A stretch of 64,000 nucleotides of DNA, taken from NCBI GenBank assembly GCA_017848335.1, contig JAGDAX010000046.1, forward strand, positions 2,752 through 66,751, written 5' to 3'. The notes under the pieces were generated by a model. It did no database searches. It was not told the origin of the DNA and saw only the letters and a program-made list of their open reading frames with translations. Origin of the DNA: Clostridia bacterium. Lineage in GTDB: Bacteria > Bacillota > Clostridia > UBA1212. The position numbers and the translations under genes were made by a program. This document shows positions 9,279-17,171 of the stretch, piece by piece; positions within the stretch are counted from its first letter, which is position 1; the number at the start of each line of letters is the position of its first letter.

Positions 9279-10622
9279 GTGTCACAGAGCAGGTTTCAAA
9301 ACAGGCAGAAGCTTCTGATAATACCTATATTCGTTCCGCATGCCGGCTGCCCTCACGACTGCTGCTTCTGCAATCAGAAGCTCATCAGCGGCAGCATCCG
9401 GGAGCCAGGGGCGGCGGAAATTGAGAAAACCATAGGAAGCTTCGCAGAGGCGGCAAAAAGGTATGACCGGGTGGAGATTGCTTTCTACGGCGGCAGCTTT
9501 ACCGCGATAGAGGGCGGCAGGCAGGATTTTTATCTTGAAGCTGCGAGTAAATATCTAAAGCGGAACGGCGGCTTTGCGGACTCTTTGAGGGCCTCCACCA
9601 GACCGGATCGTATTGACGGTGAGGTGATTCGGAGACTCAAAAAATACGGGCTTGACGTGGTGGAACTGGGGGCCCAGTCCATGGACGACAACGTGCTGAG
9701 GCTTTCGGGGCGCGGGCACAGGGCTTCCGATACGGAAAGAGCCGCGGCAATGCTCAAGGAGAACGGATTTGTACTGGGTCTTCAGACGATGCAGGGGCTT
9801 CCCGGTGCAGACCGCGAGTCCGACGTTGAGACTGCCGTGAGGATTGCCGGGCTGAGGCCTGATTTCGTGAGAATATATCCCACCGTAGTGGTGAAGCAGA
9901 CGAAGCTTTATGAGGACTATATCCGGGGCGATTATACGCCCTTGTCGGTTGAGGACGCGGTGGCGCTGGTTTCGAGGCTTTGCGGGATCTACAGAAGCAG
10001 CGGTATTCCTGTTGCCAGAATCGGCCTTCAGTCGACGGACACGATCTCGAGAGAGGGCGCGGGGACTGAGATTGCTGCGGGGCCGTATCACGAAGCCTTC
10101 GGGCAGCTGGTGACGTCATACGACGTCAGGCGTGCCGTGAAGAGCGCCGTGGATCATATCCGGGAGGATTATATCAATATGAACGAACGCCGCAAGCTTT
10201 GTGTGAAGCGGCTTTACGTGGTTGTGCCGCCGGAGCGGGTTTCGGACGCGACGGGGCAAAGGCGGTCAAACGCGGAAACAATGGCCCGTGAATGCGGTGC
10301 GGAGCGTGTGACTGTGCTGTCGAAGGACAGCTTCGACGCGGACTTCAGGCGGCTTCCCGGGCAGGCGACCGAGGCGTCGGCCTATGCGGAAGCGGCCGCT
10401 GTGAAGGTGCTGCGTTGCGGCCGCGGGGCTCCTGCAGAAAACAAGCCTGAGGCGCCTGAGAAGTTTGGAGCGCTTGAGGCGCTTGAACCATTTGAGGCGC
10501 CTGAGAAGTCTGGAGCGCTTGAGGCGCCTAAACCGTTTGAGGCGCATAAGACGCGTGAGACGCCTGAGACGCCCGGGGAAATGCTGCCTGTGGCTGTCAG
10601 CGTGAGAATGCGGTTTAATTAA
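9279..10622 (+). CDS. Radical SAM protein (ELP3-like N-terminal radical-SAM domain) with a repeat-derived C-terminal tail
   Basis: GTG start. IPIFVPHAGCPHDCCFCNQ carries the CxxxCxxC cluster. The tail PEAPEKFGALEALEPFEAPEKSGALEAPKPFEA is encoded by a DNA tandem repeat at about 10437-10600. Confidence 0.75.
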   Translation: MSQSRFQNRQKLLIIPIFVPHAGCPHDCCFCNQKLISGSIREPGAAEIEKTIGSFAEAAKRYDRVEIAFYGGSFTAIEGGRQDFYLEAASKYLKRNGGFADSLRASTRPDRIDGEVIRRLKKYGLDVVELGAQSMDDNVLRLSGRGHRASDTERAAAMLKENGFVLGLQTMQGLPGADRESDVETAVRIAGLRPDFVRIYPTVVVKQTKLYEDYIRGDYTPLSVEDAVALVSRLCGIYRSSGIPVARIGLQSTDTISREGAGTEIAAGPYHEAFGQLVTSYDVRRAVKSAVDHIREDYINMNERRKLCVKRLYVVVPPERVSDATGQRRSNAETMARECGAERVTVLSKDSFDADFRRLPGQATEASAYAEAAAVKVLRCGRGAPAENKPEAPEKFGALEALEPFEAPEKSGALEAPKPFEAHKTRETPETPGEMLPVAVSVRMRFN

Positions 10623-10672
10623 AAGCTGATTGCACTGCAACGAAACTCGCCTTGCCCGTACTGCAGCACAAG

Positions 10673-10728
10673 CTTTGATTACATTGCAATGACTGCTTTG
10701 ATTACATTGCAATGACTGCTTTGATCAC
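10673..10728. repeat. 23-nt tandem repeat CTTTGATTACATTGCAATGACTG, about 2.4 units
   Basis: Read directly. Overlaps the comEA stop codon region. Confidence 0.8.
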
Positions 10729-11486
10729 ACCGTAATGTAGGCCTTGATCTCGTTGTATCTGGCGGCTTTGATGCCGCTGACGTTCATTATTTCGGTAATA
10801 GACGAGAAGGGGCCGTTTTCGGTGCGGTAGCTGACAATCTTGAGGGCGGTGCTTTCGCCGATGCCCGGCAGAGTACAGAGCTCGCTGACTGAGGCGGTGT
10901 TGATATTGACGAGCCCGGAGCCCTGTGGATCGCGGGTGCCGGAGGAGCCGGAGGGCCCGGAAAGGCCTGCGTCGATGATCCATTTTTTGTCTGTATCGTC
11001 AATATACGGGACCCGAATCATCATTCCGCTCTCAAGGGTAAAGGCGAGGTTTACGGCTTCGCGGTCCGCATTTTCGCTGAGCCCGCCTGCGGCTGCGACC
11101 AGATCGTTTAGGATCGAGCCCGCCGGGATCTCGTAGACGTCGGATTTTTCGACAGCGCCGACAATATAGACCACAATCATATCACTTGGCGTATCGTTCC
11201 CGTCGGTCGGAGCTTCCTCCTGAGCAGGCGTTTCTGAGGGTCCGGGGGTTCCGGCTTTAAAAGGCGATCCGGAAGCGGATGCGGAAGTGTTCGCGGACCC
11301 GGGTGTGATTCTGCCGCTGCCTGTTTTTTTCTCGAAAAGATACCCCCCGACAATAAGAACGGCTGCGACAAAAACGATCAAAACGTATTTCACAAAAACC
11401 GGCACGTAAAACGTTCTGCCGAACAACCTGAATCTCACTGAATGTCTGCCCCCTTTCGCACTGTGTCTGAGGAAAAGCCGGTTCAC
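10725..11486 (-). CDS. comEA: Competence protein ComEA (SLBB plus helix-hairpin-helix DNA-binding domain)
   Basis: N-terminal TM helix. The C-terminus LVNINTASVSELCTLPGIGESTALKIVSYRTENGPFSSITEIMNVSGI is a classic ComEA HhH. Confidence 0.85.
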   Translation of the reverse strand: MNRLFLRHSAKGGRHSVRFRLFGRTFYVPVFVKYVLIVFVAAVLIVGGYLFEKKTGSGRITPGSANTSASASGSPFKAGTPGPSETPAQEEAPTDGNDTPSDMIVVYIVGAVEKSDVYEIPAGSILNDLVAAAGGLSENADREAVNLAFTLESGMMIRVPYIDDTDKKWIIDAGLSGPSGSSGTRDPQGSGLVNINTASVSELCTLPGIGESTALKIVSYRTENGPFSSITEIMNVSGIKAARYNEIKAYITV

Positions 11487-11777
11487 GAAGCGTTTTCCGT
11501 GTGTTCCCGGCGTACGCCGCTGTTAAGCTCCCGGCAGCCGCTGTATTTCCCGGAAAACGCAAGGTCGCTCTGCGAACCCACAAGCACCGGCCGCCGCCGT
11601 AAATTCCGGGAGACGCCGAACAGCTTGCACCGGCCGCCGTATTTCCCGGCAGCCTCCGCAGAAGTGATGGTATTTCATTTTCCGGACCGCGTCAACAGCG
11701 GGAAATATTATCGCGCAAAAGGCAACGGGCGACGCGCGGGGATCATTGCCTGCCGGTTGAGAGGCCGCGTTTGCTTC

Positions 11778-11938
11778 GTGAGGATCCATAAAGTGACTCA
11801 GTGAGGATCCATAAAGCGGCTTCGTGAGGATCCATAAAGCGGCTCCGTGAGGATCCATAAAGCGGCTTCGTGAGGATCCATAAAGCGGCTTCGTGAGGAT
11901 CCATAAAGCGGCTCCATGAAGAGCCATAAAGTCCCAGG
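11778..11938. repeat. 23-nt tandem repeat GTGAGGATCCATAAAGCGGCTYC, 7 units
   Basis: Unit boundaries read directly at 11778, 11801, 11824, 11847, 11870, 11893 and 11916. The first and last units are the most diverged. Confidence 0.9.
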
Positions 11939-12083
11939 AGACAGCCCCGTGAAGCACTGTAAAGCTGATTAATGAAGTTGTGCAATAAAGCTCGGGGAAG
12001 CGGCTCCGACAAGGCTCAAATTGTGTATCAGATTACCCTTCACGACCGCTCCGATTCCGCCCCGGGCATGCTTCGAAAAAAGG

Positions 12084-12112
12084 TTGAAATCCGGACAAAA
12101 AAGCATTAAAAT
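12084..12112 (+). promoter_or_regulatory. Sigma-70-type promoter of the solute-binding protein gene
   Basis: TTGAAA (12084-12089), a 17-nt spacer, then TAAAAT (12107-12112). Confidence 0.5.
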
Positions 12113-12166
12113 ATGGGCACGATTTGTGGCATTTTTGCGCAAAGAAATCAGAGGAGAATGCTTATG

Positions 12167-13546
12167 AAATCCAAATTGACACTTACAATAAAAATGATAT
12201 TTGCGGTGATGGCGGTCGCCATGTTCTTCAGCCTTGTCGGATGTGACGAAAGGGTCTACGTGGACGGCACGCTCGAAGAGGGCTACGTGCCGGACGTCAG
12301 GGGCAAAATCAAGGTTACGTGCAGAACCGACGTGTACCCCAATGAGTCTTCACGCAAAGCGGTCCGCAGCTGGATCAGCTCTTTCAGGAACAAGTACCCG
12401 GACGTGAATATCGAGACGGACTTCTCCGTGCCGGATTATGCCCCGTTGATTTCCTCAAAGACTATCGGCGACGTGTTCTGGCTGAGTGACGCGGACGTGT
12501 ACAACTACGCAATCACGATGCAGGCGCTGATGCCGCTGGATTCGTACATAGAGGCGATGGATATCGACACCGCGGACATTTACTCGGGTATTCTGAATCT
12601 CTGCGAGGTGAAGGGCAAGATGTACTTCGCGGGAGCGACCTGCGGAAACGTTATATTTACGTACAACGTTGACGCGATGGTCGAGGCGGGACTTCTTGAG
12701 CCGGGTGAGAGAGTTGCCAACGACTGGACCTGGGATGATTTCAAGAGGTATGCCGAGGCGCTCAAGAGATATGACGAGGACGGCGTAACGCTGACTCAGG
12801 TGGGCGCGGGCTTCCCGCTTTACTGGCCCAATACGTTCTCTCCCTTCCTTTACGCTTTCAGCGATGACTGGGTCGATAAGACCTCGAATAAGGTCACGTT
12901 CACAAGCCCGCAGGTCATTCAGGGCATCAATCTTGTGATCGAGGCGCTGGACAACCGCTGGATCTACCCCGAAGGAACCGCTATGGGAGGCCAGATGCTT
13001 GGCGAGTACGGCAAGGTCAGCACCAAGAGCGGATGCGTTTTTGCCTATAACCAGGCATATACGGTGCTTACGCAGAACGCTGACCATTACAATTCCAAAG
13101 GCATTACGTGGGATCTGGCGCCCTGGCCGCTTTTCGAGAAGAAGGCTTCCCCCTGCGGAACGCTCGGATTCGGCGTTTTCAGTTACACCCGCAACAGGGA
13201 TGCCGCTGCGGCGCTGGTGCTGTCGCTTTACACCGAGGACGGTCAGAGGGCTATGCATGAGCAGGAAGGCGGAGACGTGCCTGTGCTCAAGAAGCTCGGC
13301 GAGATGGACTTCTGGCACCTCAATAAGGAAGGCTACGAAGGCAAGAACTATGATGCTTTTACCGCCAATTATGAGCGGTACGTTCCGGGGCAGGTGAACG
13401 CCAGTGTTCCGCCGGAGGTGGCGACCATTATTGAGGCGGGCATCAAGTCGCTCTTTGACGACTATTGCAAGAACGCTATCGACTGGACCGACAGGCTCAG
13501 ACAGATAGAAGAAAGGTGCAACCAGACGTGGGAAACACTCAGTTAA
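12167..13546 (+). CDS. ABC transporter extracellular solute-binding lipoprotein (carbohydrate type)
   Basis: Signal peptide with lipobox FFSLVGC. Its size and composition fit a family-1 sugar SBP. The start is chosen at the ATG 7-8 nt after GGAG. No permease or ATPase gene is adjacent. Confidence 0.8.
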   Translation, partial: KSKLTLTIKMIFAVMAVAMFFSLVGCDERVYVDGTLEEGYVPDVRGKIKVTCRTDVYPNESSRKAVRSWISSFRNKYPDVNIETDFSVPDYAPLISSKTIGDVFWLSDADVYNYAITMQALMPLDSYIEAMDIDTADIYSGILNLCEVKGKMYFAGATCGNVIFTYNVDAMVEAGLLEPGERVANDWTWDDFKRYAEALKRYDEDGVTLTQVGAGFPLYWPNTFSPFLYAFSDDWVDKTSNKVTFTSPQVIQGINLVIEALDNRWIYPEGTAMGGQMLGEYGKVSTKSGCVFAYNQAYTVLTQNADHYNSKGITWDLAPWPLFEKKASPCGTLGFGVFSYTRNRDAAAALVLSLYTEDGQRAMHEQEGGDVPVLKKLGEMDFWHLNKEGYEGKNYDAFTANYERYVPGQVNASVPPEVATIIEAGIKSLFDDYCKNAIDWTDRLRQIEERCNQTWETLS

Positions 13547-13684
13547 ATGCATTCGCGGGCCTGCAGGCTCAGAGCGGCTGTGCGTTTGACGGAAATGTTA
13601 AGTAAGCGCTGAACAATTGCTCTTTCCGCAAGCGGTGATATTATCGTCATCAGAAATAAGCGCTTACTTGGTTTTGGAAGTATT

Positions 13685-13723
13685 GCCCACACCCTGTACT
13701 GCGGTGTGGGCTTTCACACTTTT
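13685..13723 (+). terminator. Rho-independent terminator
   Basis: GCCCACACC, loop ctgtactgc, GGTGTGGGC, followed by TTTCACACTTTT. Confidence 0.6.
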
Positions 13724-13804
13724 GAGAGGGGCGGCTTGCCTAAAACAAGGCAAAACCGTGAGAGCCGGCGCGTCAGAAAAGGTGAACCGGCGGATACCTC
13801 GTGC

Positions 13805-13912
13805 CGCGAGAATTATGCGTGCCGTAAGAATCGTGCGGACCGCGAGAATTATGCGTGCCGTGAGAATCGTGCGGGTCGCGAGAATAATGCGTGCCGTGAG
13901 ACCCGCCGGACC
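13805..13912. repeat. 36-nt tandem repeat CGCGAGAATTATGCGTGCCGTRAGAATCGTGCGGRY, 3 units
   Basis: Units read directly at 13805, 13841 and 13877. Confidence 0.9.
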
Positions 13913-13954
13913 GTTCAGGTCGCGTGAATTGTGGTATTCAGGGGCAAAAGAGCC

Positions 13955-15799
13955 ATGATGGATTTTAAGGAGGAACTGAAAAAGGTGCCGGAACGGCCGG
14001 GCGTGTACCTTATGCACGACGCGGATGACCGCATTATTTATGTGGGCAAGGCGGTCGTGCTGAGGAACCGTCTTCGTTCGTACTTTAACGCCACCCCCCA
14101 CAATGAGCGCATTACGAGGATGATCGAGAAGATCGACCGCTTTGAGTACATTGTCACGGACTCCGAGTACGAGGCGCTTCTTCTCGAGTGCAATCTTATC
14201 AAGAGGCACAGGCCGAAATACAACGTGATGCTGAAGGACGACAAGAGTTATCCTTACATCAGGGTCTCCGTCAATGAGGACTTCCCGGCGGCCTCTATGG
14301 CGCACAGAAGGGTCAACGACGGCGCGAAATATTTCGGGCCTTACTACCTCAATTATACGGTCAAATCTACGCTTGACACGCTCTCGAAGATTTTTCCGAT
14401 GAGGCACTGCCGGCGGAAAATTCAGCCCGAGAAGCCGGAGCGGGTCTGCCTCAATTATCACCTTGGGCTGTGCCCGGGCCCCTGCGCGGGGTACATTTCA
14501 AAGGAAGATTACGCGGTGAACGTGAATGCCGTGTGCGATTTTCTTTCCGGCAAGAGCGGCGAGGTCATTAAGGAGCTTCGCGGCAGGATGCTTGCGGCGT
14601 CGGAGAACCTTGAGTTCGAGAAGGCGGCGGAGCTTCGCGACCGCATTAAGTCGCTGGAGACCGTCAGCGAGAAGCAGAAGATCATGTTCTCGGGCAGTGA
14701 GAGCTTCGACGTGCTGGCTGCGTTCAGGAACGAGACGGACGCGGCGGTGCAGGTGTTCCACAACAACGGCGGTAACGTTGCCGGGCGGGACTGTTATATT
14801 CTCGAGGGCGCGGGTGACACGGATATGGCGGAGATCTACGCGACCTTCATTGCGCAATATTACGACGGAAATATGGCGGTGCCCGGGAAGATATACGTGG
14901 CGGATGAAATTGACGCGCGCGACAATGAGCTGCTGGCGGAGTACCTTTCTGCGGCGGCAGGAAGGCGCGTGACGCTTATGACGCCTCTTCGCGGAGAGAA
15001 GAAGAATCTGGCGCGGATGGCCAGGGACAACGCGGAGATCGCTCTTGATAATTACGAAAAGACGAAACGCAGGGAGAGCGGCGAAAATCTGGAGCTCCTG
15101 AAGAAGCTGGCGGCGGTGTGCGGCCTTCGCGGGATCCCCGTCAGGATCGAGGCCTTCGATATTTCGAATCTCGGGGACTCCGAGATCGACGGCAGCATGG
15201 TGGTGTTCGAGGAAGGGACGCCACGGAAGAGCGACTACAGGCACTTCAGGATCAGGACGCTGGCCGCAAGAAGCGACGTCGGGTCGATGAGGGAAATGCT
15301 GGAGCGGCGGTACCGTCGCCTTGTGGCGGGAGACCGGGGCTTTGAGAAGGCGCCGGACCTGATATTGATGGACGGCGGCATTACGCAGATACACGAGGCT
15401 GAGAAGGTGCTTGGCGAGCTGGGGCTGGAGATTCCGGTTTTTGGCATGGTGAAGGACGACCGGCACAGAAGCCGCGGAATTATGTCCACCGAGGGCAGGG
15501 AGTTCAGGCTCACCGAAGACCCGGAGATATGGCGGTTCATAACGGACGTCCAGAACGAAACGCACCGGTTTGCGATAGAATACAACAGGAAGCTGACCGA
15601 GAAGCGCTACAGGAAATCGCCGCTGGACGATATTAAGGGCATCGGCGACAAGCGCAAGGTGGCGCTTCTGCGCAGGTTCGGGTCGCTCAAGGCCATCAGA
15701 GAGGCGGAAATTGAGGAGATTGCCGCGGTGGACGGGATTGGGAATAAAACCGCCGGGGTGATCAAGGTGGCGCTCGCAAAGGAAACGTCGGGCGGCTGA
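13955..15799 (+). CDS. uvrC: Excinuclease ABC subunit C
   Basis: GIY-YIG N-terminus (PGVYLMHDADDRIIYVGKA...LRNRLRSY), a UVR domain (LEFEKAAELRDRI), and a C-terminal HhH (IKGIGDKRKVALLRRFGS). Confidence 0.96.
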   Translation: MMDFKEELKKVPERPGVYLMHDADDRIIYVGKAVVLRNRLRSYFNATPHNERITRMIEKIDRFEYIVTDSEYEALLLECNLIKRHRPKYNVMLKDDKSYPYIRVSVNEDFPAASMAHRRVNDGAKYFGPYYLNYTVKSTLDTLSKIFPMRHCRRKIQPEKPERVCLNYHLGLCPGPCAGYISKEDYAVNVNAVCDFLSGKSGEVIKELRGRMLAASENLEFEKAAELRDRIKSLETVSEKQKIMFSGSESFDVLAAFRNETDAAVQVFHNNGGNVAGRDCYILEGAGDTDMAEIYATFIAQYYDGNMAVPGKIYVADEIDARDNELLAEYLSAAAGRRVTLMTPLRGEKKNLARMARDNAEIALDNYEKTKRRESGENLELLKKLAAVCGLRGIPVRIEAFDISNLGDSEIDGSMVVFEEGTPRKSDYRHFRIRTLAARSDVGSMREMLERRYRRLVAGDRGFEKAPDLILMDGGITQIHEAEKVLGELGLEIPVFGMVKDDRHRSRGIMSTEGREFRLTEDPEIWRFITDVQNETHRFAIEYNRKLTEKRYRKSPLDDIKGIGDKRKVALLRRFGSLKAIREAEIEEIAAVDGIGNKTAGVIKVALAKETSGG

Positions 15800-15916
15800 G
15801 GTTGGCCTGTATGTCCGGGGCCGCGCCTGCGGGCTGCGGATCACCGTGCCGGATCGGAGCGGTTTGGGCTGCGCCGGTCGGACTGTGCGCATGAAGGCGG
15901 ATGAAAAGGATCGTCA

Positions 15917-16957
15917 ATGGGAAGACTGTTTATTATCGGGGATACTCATTTCGGGCTGGACGTCGATAAGCCTATGGACGTTTTCGGCGGCCAGTGGGCG
16001 GATCATGCCTCGAAAATTACCGAAAACTGGGCAAAAACGGTCTCGGACGGCGATATAACCGTTGTGAACGGCGACCTTTCCTGGGGGATCAACCGGCAGG
16101 AGACGCGGTGCGACCTGGCGCTGCTCAATTCCTTCGCGGGCAGGAAGATCCTCGTGAAGGGCAACCACGATCTCTGGTGGGATACCATGGCGAAGCTTTC
16201 GCGGCAGATACAGGAAGAGCATTTGGACAGCCTGCTGCCGCTTTACAACAGCGCGTATTTCATTCCGCGGGCGAATATTCTGATCTGCGGAACGAGGGGC
16301 TGGAAGGTGCCTGAGAATGCGGACTACCAGCCTTCGGACGCGAAAATACTGCGCCGGGAAATGATGCGCTTTGAGCTGTCCGTCAATTACGGTCTGGCTC
16401 TGGTCGAAAAATACAGAAAAGGCATCGGGGATCGCGCGGCAGCAGGAGGCACAGGTGCTGCCGGCACAGGTGCAGGCTGCGCGGGTGCAGGCGGCGGAGG
16501 GGCTGCCGGCGGAAGCGATGCCGGCGCACAGGGAATTCTTGATTTTGGCGGCGGGGCCGCTGTACGGTCAGGTGCGCCGGCAGAGGGCGGCGAAGCCGCC
16601 CGGGCGGCCGCGGCCAACGAAACCGGTGCGGCTGCCGATGCTGCAGCCGCTGCTGCTGATAATACAGCCGCGGCAGAAAATGCGGCCGCGGCCGCGCTTC
16701 CGCCCCCCGAAATAATAGCCGTGTTCCATTATCCGCCTTTTGACTACGGCACAAGGCACGAAACCGACTGGGCGGAGCTGCTTTCACGGTATCACGTAAA
16801 ACGGTGCTACTTTGGGCACGTGCACAACGCAGGTTCCTGCAAAAGGAATGACGCGGGGGAAGTGCTTCCGGTGCTTCAAAGGGACGGTGTCAGCTATTAT
16901 CTTACTGCGGCAGATTATCTCGGATTCGAGCCGATGGAGATCGCATTTCGCCGGTAG
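15917..16957 (+). CDS. Metallophosphoesterase with a long Ala/Gly-rich internal insertion
   Basis: FIIGDTHFG and VKGNHDLWW motifs, with a C-terminal GHVH. The insertion spans about 16412-16727. Confidence 0.75.
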   Translation: MGRLFIIGDTHFGLDVDKPMDVFGGQWADHASKITENWAKTVSDGDITVVNGDLSWGINRQETRCDLALLNSFAGRKILVKGNHDLWWDTMAKLSRQIQEEHLDSLLPLYNSAYFIPRANILICGTRGWKVPENADYQPSDAKILRREMMRFELSVNYGLALVEKYRKGIGDRAAAGGTGAAGTGAGCAGAGGGGAAGGSDAGAQGILDFGGGAAVRSGAPAEGGEAARAAAANETGAAADAAAAAADNTAAAENAAAAALPPPEIIAVFHYPPFDYGTRHETDWAELLSRYHVKRCYFGHVHNAGSCKRNDAGEVLPVLQRDGVSYYLTAADYLGFEPMEIAFRR

Positions 16958-17042
16958 CGCGAGAAGCGAGCCGCAAAACCTGAGGAACAAAGCCCTGGGA
17001 GCGAAGCGCGGCGAATAAGACGCGGCCCGCAGCCTCGGCGCT

Positions 17043-17142
17043 GCCGGGCATAGAGGCTAAGCAGACCGCAAACACCGAGGCACAGCCGGGCATAGAGCCT
17101 AAGCAGACCGCAAACACCGAAGCACTGCCGGGCCGAGAGCCC
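17043..17142. repeat. 42-nt tandem repeat GCCGGGCATAGAGSCTAAGCAGACCGCAAACACCGARGCAC, about 2.4 units
   Basis: Read directly downstream of the metallophosphoesterase gene. Confidence 0.85.
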
Positions 17143-17171
17143 GTGACAACTTTTTCGAAAGGAAAAACCGT

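Noticed and set aside
11778-11938. Tandem arrays (this one, 57385-57600, 21635-21736 and others) considered as CRISPR arrays
   Set aside because: The units are directly contiguous with no unique spacers. Unit lengths (11-62 nt) and their degeneracy do not fit CRISPR repeats, and there are no cas genes in the window.
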